This document shows positions 29,842 to 40,943 of a stretch of DNA of 64,000 nucleotides, in pieces. Numbering within the stretch: the first letter of the stretch is position 1; every line of letters begins with the position of its first letter. The translations under genes and the position numbers were made by a program. This stretch comes from an uncultured virus (IMG/VR IMGVR_UViG_3300049827_000124). Lineage: Duplodnaviria; Heunggongvirae; Uroviricota; Caudoviricetes. The notes beneath the pieces were generated by a model. That model worked only from the letters and a program-made list of their open reading frames with translations, ran no database searches and was not told where the DNA came from. The stretch lies in IMG/VR virus record IMGVR_UViG_3300049827_000124, one strand, 5' to 3'.

Positions 29842-32178
29842 TTAGAATTCTACCAAAGGAAGACCAAAGTTTGCTTTGCTTGGGTCTTTTCCTACAGCAT
29901 TTACAAGTTGCTTCATGTACGGCTCATTCATCTTCATTTTTTTAGGGGCAACTATATCCTTTCCATTAGCATCTTTTCCTATAACAACTGAAGCACTATT
30001 TGGGCCGGCTGTGCCAAATGGATTTCCATTAACATCAGTTATAGTTAAATATGAATCTCCATATGTATCTCCAGCTTCTACTGTAAGAGTGTAAGGTTTT
30101 TGTACAAGAACTCCATTTTCGTCGGCATTTATAAAAATAGTACGTCTTGATAATTCTCCAGGTTTTGCTCCAAGGTTTATTGCATATATAGCTCCAGCTA
30201 ATCTATTTTCAGGAGTGTTTAATGCTTCTATGCTACTGCTAGTAATTCTTCTACCATCCATTTTAACAGTTTTAGCATTTTTACCTTTAGAATCTACCAT
30301 GTTAATTTCAAATATTTTAGATGTTGGATCGTAACCAACACTTGACACTTTGTAATCTTCATAATCAGATCCAACTTTTTGCTCTACTCCATCTTCCGTA
30401 ACTTCTGTTACTTGGTCAGAAGCTCTTAATGGTTTGCCTACAAAGTATTGGTCAATAGATTTTCTAATTATTACCCCCTCTTGCACGGTAGCAGCAGGGA
30501 TTACTCCATATTCAAACGGAGTAGCAACCTTAGTCTCTCCAAAGTTTTGATTAATCTTATCTCTAAACCCATTAAATGCAGCAGGAATTAATGAAAGATC
30601 TTCTTTTCCACCTGGTACTCCTCCTGAAGGTGCTCCAATTACAGACCCTCCTCCAATTGTCAACCCTTGCATAGTGTTTCGTTTGAATTCTCCACCATGC
30701 ATTTCAGTGTAAACCTTTTGGAAATCCATGTAATCTTGGTCTTTATTATTATCAAAGGTTTCTGTAAGCTTCATGTACAATTCTCCTGCACCTGCCCAAG
30801 GATAAAGCTTTTGTAAAGCATCTACAACTTTTGGATCTGCTTTTTTAAGATCATCTACACTAAATGCTCTATCTCCTGCTCTTACAATTTGAGCTCTAAT
30901 CTCATCCATTTGAGCACGGTAGCTTATTACTTTTTGTCTAGCTTCATCTTTAGATTGTTGAGATAGATTAGGCTGATTCATTATCTCTTGCTGCCTTGTC
31001 ATTTCTGCATAGGCATTTTTATAATTATCAATCTTAGCAGTAAAGTTACTTCCGTAAGTATCACTAGCTGTTACATCTCCTATAACTGTTAAGTCTCCTC
31101 CTGAAGCTATTTTAGCTTCTCTATCAGCTAGATATTTAGCACTCCAACTTTCAATGTGCTCCTGCTCTACAGATCTATAAGCTTTCTTAAGACCATATTG
31201 AGTTACTGGTGCTAATAAGGCTTCTTTATATTTACCTTTAAGATATTGATGTGCAGTATTTTCATCACCAATAGTTCCTAATTGATTTAGCTCTTCTTGG
31301 TACTTGTTAATCTGCAACTGCATGGTAGCTTTATCTGACTTTGTAAAGTTGCCAGTACTCATCTGCTCAGTAAGCTTATTGATAGCTTCTTGATAAGCAT
31401 TAGCTTGAGTTCCAATAACTGTTTGAAAATCACCATTTTTTCCTACTGCATTAACAGCTTTCATGTCTGCCAATTGATCTATGTAGGCTCTTACATCTGG
31501 TTCTTGATAAACAGCTTCTAATACCTCTCTAATACTTTCAGGACTGATTGTTTCAACTGTTGAACCTGTTTGAACTTCTATAGCTCCTGCTTCTCCTTCT
31601 GCCCAGTTTACTCTTTTAATTTTGTTTCCGTATTTTTCTGGGTGAAGAATCTCCAATCTTTCTTTTACAAGATCCATTAACTTAGGATCTTTTACAATGG
31701 TAGGGGCACTAAACATTGTACCTTCTTTTACCTTGGTGCCAGTTTCATCGGTTTCAAATCCTTTATATCCTTTAGTAATGTACCCAGCACTTAATGCATA
31801 TTGCTCAGAATTAATATCTCCTTTCTCATATCGTTCTTTTAATCCTGCTAACTCTGATTGATATCTAGTGTAGTTTTCTTTAATCGGGGCATAAGCTTTA
31901 GCAAAATCTTTAGAAGCTCTATGCACAGCAAATCCAAGATTTTCATAATCTCCTTGCTCAGCTAACTTTCCTAAATTCTCTTCTAATTGTCTTTGAATTT
32001 CTTTTTTTCTTACAACATCATTTTCAAAAGGTAAAGCAGCCTGCATTTGATCTACAGCCATAGCTAGTTGATCATTTGCTTGAAAGTTTTGCATAAATCT
32101 ATCTCTAAGGGTTTCAGAGATTTTAACAGATTGTGGGTCAACGTATGTACTTACATACTCTCCAAACTTATACGGCAT
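29842..32178 (-). CDS. virion cargo protein
   Basis: 778 aa, helical, no Cys seen; lies between cargo protein 1 and the giant cargo genes. Confidence 0.65.
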   Translation of the reverse strand: MPYKFGEYVSTYVDPQSVKISETLRDRFMQNFQANDQLAMAVDQMQAALPFENDVVRKKEIQRQLEENLGKLAEQGDYENLGFAVHRASKDFAKAYAPIKENYTRYQSELAGLKERYEKGDINSEQYALSAGYITKGYKGFETDETGTKVKEGTMFSAPTIVKDPKLMDLVKERLEILHPEKYGNKIKRVNWAEGEAGAIEVQTGSTVETISPESIREVLEAVYQEPDVRAYIDQLADMKAVNAVGKNGDFQTVIGTQANAYQEAINKLTEQMSTGNFTKSDKATMQLQINKYQEELNQLGTIGDENTAHQYLKGKYKEALLAPVTQYGLKKAYRSVEQEHIESWSAKYLADREAKIASGGDLTVIGDVTASDTYGSNFTAKIDNYKNAYAEMTRQQEIMNQPNLSQQSKDEARQKVISYRAQMDEIRAQIVRAGDRAFSVDDLKKADPKVVDALQKLYPWAGAGELYMKLTETFDNNKDQDYMDFQKVYTEMHGGEFKRNTMQGLTIGGGSVIGAPSGGVPGGKEDLSLIPAAFNGFRDKINQNFGETKVATPFEYGVIPAATVQEGVIIRKSIDQYFVGKPLRASDQVTEVTEDGVEQKVGSDYEDYKVSSVGYDPTSKIFEINMVDSKGKNAKTVKMDGRRITSSSIEALNTPENRLAGAIYAINLGAKPGELSRRTIFINADENGVLVQKPYTLTVEAGDTYGDSYLTITDVNGNPFGTAGPNSASVVIGKDANGKDIVAPKKMKMNEPYMKQLVNAVGKDPSKANFGLPLVEF

Positions 32179-32196
32179 AATTTTTAAAATTAAATG

Positions 32197-35100
32197 TTAT
32201 TTTTTTGCTTGCAATCCTCGAACATTTTTCAAGTCTCCAAGTCTTGATACATATTGTCTTGCTCCTCCCATTTTTGCTTTTGGGGTTTCTTTCTCTTTTT
32301 TAGCTTTTTCTAATTCTGCTTGAATTTTTTCATAGTCAATTCTAGATACATATCCTTCTGGGAATAGTTCTTTGCTATATTGAGCAGCCATTTTTCTAAG
32401 CTCTGTATCGTTCATTCCATAATACGGAGATTTTTTATTTTTAGATTGCTTTCTAAGGTCTTCTAAAACTTTTAATCTTTCGTATGAATGAGTTTCATCC
32501 ATAGCATTTGCTAATCTTTCAGTTGCTTTATATTTTAAATTGTCAGTTACAACTCCTGCAACACCTCTCATAGCTGCGTCTAATGCTCCTAATTTATCTT
32601 CACGGCTGTATCGACGTTCATCTTTATTAAGTTCAGTATTGAACATTTGTCTTTTCTGTTCTGTCTCAGCATTGAACATGCTAGCCTTCATTTGGTTCTC
32701 ACCTTCTTGAGCTAGTAAACCTTTGTTAGCATCTTTTTCCTGATTAGCAATTTTAAGCATTTGCTCATTTAATGCATTATTAGCTCCTTGTAAAACAGCT
32801 AATGATCCAGGACCAGCATTTTGATTGATGACTGCATTTCTCATTGCAACAGCGTTTTTAGTTGCAGCATCACGTTCTGGATTAAGATTTACACGTGGCA
32901 TCAATGATCCTTTAATTCCCGGAGTACCTGCAATAGGAGCAGCAATTTTGTAAGGATTAAGTAGAGCAGCTCCCATCGGGATCAGCTGTCCAAATCCTGC
33001 CAGCATTGCTCCATTTAAAGCTTTTCCAGGTTTATATGGAATTTTAGTATCAGTAGTATTTTGAGTAGTTTGGGTAGTAGTGCCAGCATCTACTGCAGTA
33101 GTGCCAGTATCTGTTGGAGTTGTTCCAGAAGTAGTTGCTCCACCAGTTGTAGGTTTAGCTGGATCATTCATGTATAAAGCAGCTGTTCTAGTCTGTTCTC
33201 CAAGTTTTCCATCTACCTTTAATGTAAATCCTTGTCCAACTCTTTTATTAAATTCTGTTTGGAATCTACTTACATCTGTTTTGCTTTTGGGATTAAAACC
33301 GGTAAAATCAAACCAAGGATTATTTTTAACCATTGCTTGGAAGTCAGTTTCTGAAGCTGAGCCATAGTAGCCATCTTTTTGTCTTTGACCTTGTGGTACT
33401 TTTTCAATAGCTACACTTCTTCCTTTTTGACCTTCATCAGTTTTAGTATAAAATCTATCAGTTCCAGCAGCAGTTTGTGTTCCACTAGTAGGAGTTCCTG
33501 TAGTTGTAGTTCCGGCAGCAGGAGTTCCTGTACCAGTAACTGTTTGAGATGAAACAGCTGATTGAGCTCCTGCAGGTGCATTAGATGGAGCAGTACTACT
33601 AACAATAGTTTGGCCTGCAGTAGTTACGGGACCAGCTTGAGCATTTGGAGCAGAGCCAGCAACACCAGCAGGTGCCATATATCCAGTTGATCCAGTGGCA
33701 GTTCCCTGAGCACTAGCAACTGGTGGAGGAGTAGCTCCAGGGGGTCTACGATATTGAGCCCCATCTGGAATACTATCCATTGGTCCTGCAGCAGCTAACT
33801 CTTCATCAGTCATTAAACCTACACCTTGTTTTCTCCAAGCTTCTCTGTCGTATGCTGGTTTGCTTTTTTTAGTGCTACCTTTAGAAGGGGTTGAAGGTGC
33901 TTTGTAGTTAGGCCCAAATCCAAATTCAGATCTAATGTATCCTTCTACATCATCACCCCATCCCATAGCTCTTGCATTAGCTGCAGTGTTGTATGGATCA
34001 GATTGGCTTTGACCCTGTCCTTGACCCTGTCCTATATTGTTAAAGTATTGCTGACCTTCTCCTTGGCCTGTTGGACCAGTATATGTAGCAGAAGAACCAC
34101 TTTGAGGTTGAGCACCTGAAGCCGATAATGCTGCTGCTTGTTTAATCATTGCAGGATAATTACCAAAGACATTAAAAGATTCAGTCTGAGGTTTAGCTGC
34201 AAATACGTTACCACCGTAGTTACCAACAGCTGAAGTGTTACCAGAAGGTAATGCTCTTGTCGATCCACTACTACCCGAAGGAAGAGCTTTATCGTTTATC
34301 ATGTTATACCCTAAACGAGCAGCCCCTGCAAGGCCTGAAGTAACTCCTTGAGCTATAGCTCCTGGAGCAGCAAATAAAGCTCCTTCAACTTCAGCTCCTT
34401 CTCTTTGAACACTTTGAATCTTTTGATTCATATTGTTGGGATCATAGGTCGATCCATCAGGAAATTGATAAACTTGATATCTAGACCCACTTGGACCATT
34501 TACTGTAATAAGTTTAGCATTAGTTAAATCTGGGGCTCCAAATTTACCTACTTGTTGATAACTTCCAGATCCCGGAGTATTTTGTGGTGGATCAGTTACT
34601 CCTCCATCAACATACTTATGGATTCCTCCATATCTAGCAATTTGCTGTGGATTACGGCCAGCCATCTTTTCTTGCATTGCTGCAAGTTGTTGAATCTCAG
34701 CTTGTGAGCCATTGCCTTTTAGAATTTCTTTATGCCTTTGGGCAAATGATTTTCCACCAAGCTTTAAGTACTTAGAGAAAATGTAATCTTTTTTATTGTT
34801 GTCTTCCATAATTACTTGATCTTCTGTTTCACCACCCTCTACCTCAATGCTTCCTTTATCTTTTATTTTTCCACCTTGTTTTTTAGCTTCTGGGAACATG
34901 CCACCTTCTTCGTGAGAACGGCCTACATATTCTACAGCATCAGTTCCCTCAATGGGAACTATTTTACCACCAGGGATATATTTAGTCCTTCTATCTTCTT
35001 GGATACTAGTTACTCCCCCAGTTCTTGCAACTTGGTAAGCATTAGTGAATAAGTTTTGAGTATCACTTCCAGCATATGCATATCCAGGATCTGCTGATCC

Positions 35101-36039
35101 GAGACGAGAATTAATAAAAGCTGATTGATATGCTCCACGTTGTGCAGCTGAATCTCTTTGTAAATTTTGAGCTAATTCTGTATTAGCTTTATTTTCCTTA
35201 CGACCTTTAAGAGCTCCAACACCTGCTGCCACTGGAATTGCTAAAGCAGATAATCCTGATGTAGCTGCTAATACAGCTGGGTTTAAAGCTAATGGAGTTA
35301 CTGTTCCTGCTGCTTTTAAAGCTTCTCCTGCTACATTACCTCTACGTTCTCTTTGATTATTGTAAAAGTCAGTTTTATCATCAGTCTTTCTTTCAGTAAT
35401 CATTCCTGCAGCAGTTAATCCAATTCCTATTCCTGCAGTGGCAGCTGATGACAACCCTGCTTTAGTAGCTGTAGATGCTGCTGCTCCTACATCAGCAACA
35501 TTTGCTGAGCCAGTAACTGCTTGACCAACAGTAGACATAGTAGGGGCTGCTTGCCCAACTACCATTTGAGTGGCAGGGGATGCAGCTGTAGAAATTGTTT
35601 GAAGACCGGCTGTAGATGCAGTAGGAGCAACAACTGCTCCTGTATTATATGCATAAGGAAGAGCATTAGTAGCTGCAACCTCTGTCATTTTAGTAACTCC
35701 TGGAGTAATTCCTGGAGCCCCTCTTCTAAAAAATCTTCCTAAGTCTCCAGTTTTTCTGTCTTCTATTCCAGCATCTAATAAACTTTGTGCTGAGTTTTTT
35801 GCAAATTGATCGTTCTGCTCTTTAACCTGCTCTTCTGCAACTCTCTTGTTCTCAAGCTCTTGCATTCTAGTTCTAGCTAGCGCATTGGTACTTGCTTCTA
35901 ATTGGTCTTGAGCTTGATTGGCTTCAACCTGTCCTAAGTAATAAGGGGTTTGTTTCATCTGTGCTACAGACCCCATATTAGAACCACCTTGAAGATACTT
36001 CTTAGGTTGATTTACTTTCTTAAGTTGTTTCTTTGCCAT
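32197..36039 (-). CDS. cargo protein 1-like internal virion protein with membrane helices and a peptidoglycan-binding-like motif
   Basis: 1280 aa; GRSHEEGG...IEVEGGE...IFS motif; hydrophobic Ala/Gly helices; DVSRFQ...LKVDGKLGEQT; long T/G/A/P low-complexity tracts; follows the muzzle gene. Confidence 0.7.
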   Translation of the reverse strand: MAKKQLKKVNQPKKYLQGGSNMGSVAQMKQTPYYLGQVEANQAQDQLEASTNALARTRMQELENKRVAEEQVKEQNDQFAKNSAQSLLDAGIEDRKTGDLGRFFRRGAPGITPGVTKMTEVAATNALPYAYNTGAVVAPTASTAGLQTISTAASPATQMVVGQAAPTMSTVGQAVTGSANVADVGAAASTATKAGLSSAATAGIGIGLTAAGMITERKTDDKTDFYNNQRERRGNVAGEALKAAGTVTPLALNPAVLAATSGLSALAIPVAAGVGALKGRKENKANTELAQNLQRDSAAQRGAYQSAFINSRLGSADPGYAYAGSDTQNLFTNAYQVARTGGVTSIQEDRRTKYIPGGKIVPIEGTDAVEYVGRSHEEGGMFPEAKKQGGKIKDKGSIEVEGGETEDQVIMEDNNKKDYIFSKYLKLGGKSFAQRHKEILKGNGSQAEIQQLAAMQEKMAGRNPQQIARYGGIHKYVDGGVTDPPQNTPGSGSYQQVGKFGAPDLTNAKLITVNGPSGSRYQVYQFPDGSTYDPNNMNQKIQSVQREGAEVEGALFAAPGAIAQGVTSGLAGAARLGYNMINDKALPSGSSGSTRALPSGNTSAVGNYGGNVFAAKPQTESFNVFGNYPAMIKQAAALSASGAQPQSGSSATYTGPTGQGEGQQYFNNIGQGQGQGQSQSDPYNTAANARAMGWGDDVEGYIRSEFGFGPNYKAPSTPSKGSTKKSKPAYDREAWRKQGVGLMTDEELAAAGPMDSIPDGAQYRRPPGATPPPVASAQGTATGSTGYMAPAGVAGSAPNAQAGPVTTAGQTIVSSTAPSNAPAGAQSAVSSQTVTGTGTPAAGTTTTGTPTSGTQTAAGTDRFYTKTDEGQKGRSVAIEKVPQGQRQKDGYYGSASETDFQAMVKNNPWFDFTGFNPKSKTDVSRFQTEFNKRVGQGFTLKVDGKLGEQTRTAALYMNDPAKPTTGGATTSGTTPTDTGTTAVDAGTTTQTTQNTTDTKIPYKPGKALNGAMLAGFGQLIPMGAALLNPYKIAAPIAGTPGIKGSLMPRVNLNPERDAATKNAVAMRNAVINQNAGPGSLAVLQGANNALNEQMLKIANQEKDANKGLLAQEGENQMKASMFNAETEQKRQMFNTELNKDERRYSREDKLGALDAAMRGVAGVVTDNLKYKATERLANAMDETHSYERLKVLEDLRKQSKNKKSPYYGMNDTELRKMAAQYSKELFPEGYVSRIDYEKIQAELEKAKKEKETPKAKMGGARQYVSRLGDLKNVRGLQAKK

Positions 36040-36044
36040 AGTGG

Positions 36045-39000
36045 TTATCGGTTAGAGATTCTGTAAGCAGCTTTAGCCGTATACAAATTTATCAAATTTT
36101 TAGCTTGGTTGTTAGAAATTAAACGGATTCCTAAGAATTTGTCTACAAACTTTCTTTGCTCATACCAAGGCTTGTTAGCATCTAAGTAATTAGGGTTAAG
36201 AACACCTTCAGATAAGAACATAGTTTCTGTACTTGAAGTTGTGTACGTTCCAGTGTACAAATTTCCTTGGACATTGATTTGGCCTTGTACAAGATTAGTA
36301 TTAAAACTAATTGCAGATAAGTCACGGAAAGCATTAGTAACCCAAGAGTTATCGACCTTACGAATGTTTGATAAGTAAGAGAAAACTACTTCCCCTGAGT
36401 TTTGAGTTGTGTTGTAAACGTAGAAGCTTGTAAATCCAGTATCAAATCTATTGTCGAACTGACGTAAACTTGTTGCTTCTTTTTTGAATATGTCTGCAAC
36501 GTATGAAATAGAAGTGAAGATTTTGTTTACAGCCTTAGTCGAAGAAACAGCACCTGTAGTAGTTGTAGTAGTCTCTCCAGTATATATAAACTCAAATTCA
36601 AAGTTAGAAAGCTGACCGTAAAAATTACCAGGGTTACTGTAATTATCGTGTACATAAATATCTTGACCATTTTCCGGGTCAAAGCTGAATAGATCATGTG
36701 AATTGAATGCATACAATGGTGGTATGTATGAGTGACGACTAGCCCATACTGTGAAGTCGTTAGAAAATGATAATGTCCAGCCACCTTTTTGGAAGTAGTT
36801 TCCTTCAACAATTCCAATAGTCTTTGTAGTTTTCTTATCAATGAAACTATTAGTAGCTGCATTATAATAAATATTTCCACTGTTAAACTGATTTATAAAT
36901 AATGTTGTCGGTACTAATTCTCGTTTAGTTACCAATGTACGTTTGAACAATGGGTCATATGTCACTAAAAATCCAAATCTTCCTGTAGGAGCATCTAAAT
37001 TAATGTCTGTGTCATCTAGGTCTACTCCATATCCTTCTAAAGCAAATGGAATAAAATCACGGCTCCAAGTTCCTAATCCTATATCACTAAGCTCTAAAGG
37101 CTTTTGATTCATTAAGAATATTTTACGAGACTTTCTTGATACAAATACATAGCCATCTTTAGTTACTAACGATCCTAATTTATTGTAACTTCCAAAGTGA
37201 CCTTCCAAAGACTGAATGATTTCATCAGGCTCTTGAGCAAATAAGTCTCCAGATCCAATGTAAGCTTGAGTAGTATCTCCAAGTTCCATTGTTTGCTTCC
37301 CTTTAGTTCTGAATAAACTCCTTTCTGTGTGTATCCACAACAAGCTGTTCATTGCAAAGACATTGGTAATCTGCCCCTTGTTTTGAGCAAAGTCTTTATA
37401 TTCTAATGCTAAGAAGTAATGGTAAGTATCATTAAAGTTACCGTCTTGTATGTTAGATCTAATTACACGATTAGGGTAAAGGTTTGTAGATCTTTCTTTT
37501 TTAGGGAATGGAACTGTAACTCTTTTATCTTGTAAAGCAGAATACTGATCTTCATAAAGAAGATTGTCCATTTTAGTTAAATCGTAAAGTGGAGATTTGT
37601 AAAGTACATCTGCTGCAGTAAACTTATCAAAGTAAACTGAAGCTGCTGGACTTACTCCCTTCTCTACATCTCCACAGTGACGGAAGTTGATGTTGTCATC
37701 CGATTCTACCATAAATTGATAGAGAGTTGTATCTGGATTCACATTTCCTCTTTGCCAGTTATTTACCTGTGCAATTGTAGCTTCTCTTTGCTCTTCATTA
37801 CCATCTTCTAAAACAGGCTCATCACCAGTTCTACCAGTAAATATATTGAAAGGAATGTCTCCGTAAATTGAATTAATAAAATCTCCAGGCTCTTGGTTAA
37901 CCCCTTTTTTAAAGTAAGTCAGTGCAAAACTTTGAGCAGTAGTTCTATATCCGTATCTTACGATATAAGTATCTCCTCCAAATATGTCATCACTACTTGC
38001 ACCTACGTAAAAGTTTTTACCTGTTACAGAATCAACTCCTGTTTCTGTATTTACATTTAGCAACGATTCATAGTAACCGGTTGATACAAGTTGTTGTTGA
38101 TCGAATGGTTCAAAGACATCTGTCTTAGCAGAGCATAAGTTTGCTAAGTAAACATTAGGACGGCCATAAGCAATAGGAACTTTAGATATAAATGAATTAT
38201 CTAGTGTATTCCAAAGATCTTCATAGTACCCATACAACACAGGCAAGCCGGAAGTAAGCCCTATTGTAATATTACTTTCCCCACTATTATTAACAATGTA
38301 GCTAGCACCTTTAAATCCAGTTGCAGATATGTTTTTGAGGAACGTAAGTCCTTGTACATATGTTGCACTTTCAGGGGCGACAGTAAATATTGTTTGTAAG
38401 TTTGATAGTAGCTCTTGGTTTGGAAAAGATTTAGCATCTACTCCAGTAGTTCCTGGTACACTGTATTGAGCTCCAATTAAAATATTACCCTTCATTGCAG
38501 TAGGACCCCAAACATCATAATCAGAAGCTGCTGGGTCTGGTTGGTCAAAGTTAATTGTATTCCCTAAATCAGGGTGAATCCAAGCATGTTCATCGTCTCC
38601 GTGACCTGCTCTGAATGTAGCAAATACATCCCCATATCCAGGAATGTCTTGCAATTGAGCTCCTTTATATCTTCCCTCCCAGTTTTGCATAGTTACTACA
38701 TACTGCAGATCTACGTGAGTAACTGTAGCTAGTGTATGCTTTTTACGAAGAAGATTGAAATCATGGAATTTAAATACAGAATGTGATACATAGTCTATAT
38801 CTATCCACAAAGCATCTTTTTGAGTTAAACCTCCTTTTTGTGGAGAACCTGTTAAATACCAAAGGTTAAAGAATGGGCCTTTACTAGCATCTACTGTATT
38901 TTGTGAAAGATTACCAGCAAGTATAGCAGTAGCTGGATGCAGCCCACTTTGGCCTATGATAGTTTTATTTCCTTGAGTTCTTTTTGCATAGTACACTTTA

Positions 39001-40931
39001 TATCCTTGTACTTGCTCTAAGATGAACTTGGGGATGTTGATATTTCTTAACTTAATCCCTAGAATTCTTACTTGTTCTTCAAAGGCTATTTCTCCATTAT
39101 TATTGGTGTCAAATGCAATTCCAGGACTAGAGAAATCTTGGTTTCTAACAACATAAGAGAAGTAGTCATTGTGGTTAGATGGCATCTTATGATGTCTAAC
39201 ATTTAACCCTCTTAATGATCCTGTTTGAACTGGATTACCTAACGAGTCTGATTCCCATGTATCAAAGTCATCTGTGTTAGGGTAGACCTCATTTTGGTTC
39301 TCCCAATATCCAGTTGTACTCATTATTGCAGGAAATACAGAAGTATCTAAGTATTGGTAGATTCTAGCATTTGAATCTGCAGCCATTACTTCACCTGCAT
39401 TAAATCCTATTGTAGATGGGTTAGAAGGGAATCCAAGATTTTCATAAACCTCTCTTCCAGGAATTATTGATTTAAAGTTTCTCCCTGGGATGTGATAAGC
39501 AAATGTTTCTCCACCATCTCTTAAAACAAATGAGATGTAAAAAGAATATACTTCTCCTCTACGATAAGTTTTCTTTTTAAATAACAATTCTTCTACATCT
39601 CTATAACCTTTACTTGTATTTTCTTGTACAGGTCTTATTACAGAATCTATATAAGGGTATATTCTACCTAATTGGTAGCCATCAGGATTAATGATTTTTG
39701 TATAACCTTCATTAAGGTTAAATATGTCGTATTTTCTAGGATCAAATGGAGTGTCAATTAATTCTGCTACAGCATCTAATTGAATACTATTTGCAAATCT
39801 TTGAAACCCTAAATCTTTACGTGCAGTTAAATTAGCTGCATACATTCTATTATCTAATTGAGTAATAGCTTTTGCAGTTAAGTATTTAACTTTATCAATT
39901 ACTGCTTCTTGAACAGATGATTGAGCAGCGTTTTCTAATCCACTGTATACAACTTCTACTTCATTTGGAAGCAAGTTACCAACAGCTTGTGTATTTACTT
40001 CTACTGGTTCCAGTTTATATGCAAATTCTGCTTCCCCGATTCTTTGGATAATGTATGGTACTACGTATCTGTAGTCAGAATTTACATTATATAAAGTCCA
40101 TCGAATTGACTTATTAGTTTGAAACTCATTAGGAGATCCACTGATGATTTCTCTGGGGATTGTGTCTTCAGGGGATGGGACAATGTATACAGGGTTTGAT
40201 AAAGTGAGAACATTAGTCTCTGTAAAGTCTTTGTCTGCATAAGCTATTCCTAAAAAATAAGTTCCACTTTCTACTCCACCACCTTGTAGGATCTTAACTG
40301 ATTTGAATTCAGGGATTCTTCCAGAGTCTAAGAATAAATTAAGTGTTGAAATATTAAAAGATGTGTCTGAGTAAAGCTTAGATGGCACTCCAGGAGGGGT
40401 TCCTTCTAAATATTCTAGCTGTCTAGTTACATTAAATACTCGTGGAGGATTGTACTCACTAATATATTTAATATTTGTAGCAGGCTCAGTAGTTTCTGTG
40501 TACTTGTTATCTGTAAAATAAACTATAACTTCACCTGTTGGTGAAATTCTGTACTCTCCAGTAATAGGGTACTCTAAATCAAAATTTAAATCTCCAATTG
40601 TGCTACCAGGGTTTGTAACAAGTAATGGAGTTACAATGTTTGTAATTGGATTGACATTGAAAATAGCAGAATATGGAAATCCTGCTACTGCATTGTCTAC
40701 CCCAAATATAATAAACGTGTCATCTGGAAGAGCTATTTGACCATTAGGCTCAAACGATTGAGTAAGTATTTTAAGGCTTTCAACAAAAGTATTACCGTGC
40801 TCACTAGTAACTGCTCCTTTATCGGAGTCAATTGCTGCATTCAAAGCATCTCTATAGGTACCGTCAATCTGATCGATTCGACCGGTATCTTTATTCATTC
40901 CTTTAATAAACTTCTCTGCCTGTCCTGCCAT
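36045..40931 (-). CDS. muzzle / tail stabilization protein (P22 gp10-like)
   Basis: 1628 aa; N-terminal FIKGMNKD...YRDALN, YRRGEVYSF, FGGDTYI, WTLSFS..WASRHSYIP; position matches the crAss tail cluster. Confidence 0.8.
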   Translation of the reverse strand: MAGQAEKFIKGMNKDTGRIDQIDGTYRDALNAAIDSDKGAVTSEHGNTFVESLKILTQSFEPNGQIALPDDTFIIFGVDNAVAGFPYSAIFNVNPITNIVTPLLVTNPGSTIGDLNFDLEYPITGEYRISPTGEVIVYFTDNKYTETTEPATNIKYISEYNPPRVFNVTRQLEYLEGTPPGVPSKLYSDTSFNISTLNLFLDSGRIPEFKSVKILQGGGVESGTYFLGIAYADKDFTETNVLTLSNPVYIVPSPEDTIPREIISGSPNEFQTNKSIRWTLYNVNSDYRYVVPYIIQRIGEAEFAYKLEPVEVNTQAVGNLLPNEVEVVYSGLENAAQSSVQEAVIDKVKYLTAKAITQLDNRMYAANLTARKDLGFQRFANSIQLDAVAELIDTPFDPRKYDIFNLNEGYTKIINPDGYQLGRIYPYIDSVIRPVQENTSKGYRDVEELLFKKKTYRRGEVYSFYISFVLRDGGETFAYHIPGRNFKSIIPGREVYENLGFPSNPSTIGFNAGEVMAADSNARIYQYLDTSVFPAIMSTTGYWENQNEVYPNTDDFDTWESDSLGNPVQTGSLRGLNVRHHKMPSNHNDYFSYVVRNQDFSSPGIAFDTNNNGEIAFEEQVRILGIKLRNINIPKFILEQVQGYKVYYAKRTQGNKTIIGQSGLHPATAILAGNLSQNTVDASKGPFFNLWYLTGSPQKGGLTQKDALWIDIDYVSHSVFKFHDFNLLRKKHTLATVTHVDLQYVVTMQNWEGRYKGAQLQDIPGYGDVFATFRAGHGDDEHAWIHPDLGNTINFDQPDPAASDYDVWGPTAMKGNILIGAQYSVPGTTGVDAKSFPNQELLSNLQTIFTVAPESATYVQGLTFLKNISATGFKGASYIVNNSGESNITIGLTSGLPVLYGYYEDLWNTLDNSFISKVPIAYGRPNVYLANLCSAKTDVFEPFDQQQLVSTGYYESLLNVNTETGVDSVTGKNFYVGASSDDIFGGDTYIVRYGYRTTAQSFALTYFKKGVNQEPGDFINSIYGDIPFNIFTGRTGDEPVLEDGNEEQREATIAQVNNWQRGNVNPDTTLYQFMVESDDNINFRHCGDVEKGVSPAASVYFDKFTAADVLYKSPLYDLTKMDNLLYEDQYSALQDKRVTVPFPKKERSTNLYPNRVIRSNIQDGNFNDTYHYFLALEYKDFAQNKGQITNVFAMNSLLWIHTERSLFRTKGKQTMELGDTTQAYIGSGDLFAQEPDEIIQSLEGHFGSYNKLGSLVTKDGYVFVSRKSRKIFLMNQKPLELSDIGLGTWSRDFIPFALEGYGVDLDDTDINLDAPTGRFGFLVTYDPLFKRTLVTKRELVPTTLFINQFNSGNIYYNAATNSFIDKKTTKTIGIVEGNYFQKGGWTLSFSNDFTVWASRHSYIPPLYAFNSHDLFSFDPENGQDIYVHDNYSNPGNFYGQLSNFEFEFIYTGETTTTTTGAVSSTKAVNKIFTSISYVADIFKKEATSLRQFDNRFDTGFTSFYVYNTTQNSGEVVFSYLSNIRKVDNSWVTNAFRDLSAISFNTNLVQGQINVQGNLYTGTYTTSSTETMFLSEGVLNPNYLDANKPWYEQRKFVDKFLGIRLISNNQAKNLINLYTAKAAYRISNR

Positions 40932-40943
40932 TGCTCTTAATTA

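Noticed and set aside
11097..35742. Many 60-130-aa plus-strand ORFs opposite the giant genes
   Set aside because: Antisense shadows rich in S/L/F/I, with no motifs and mostly non-ATG starts.
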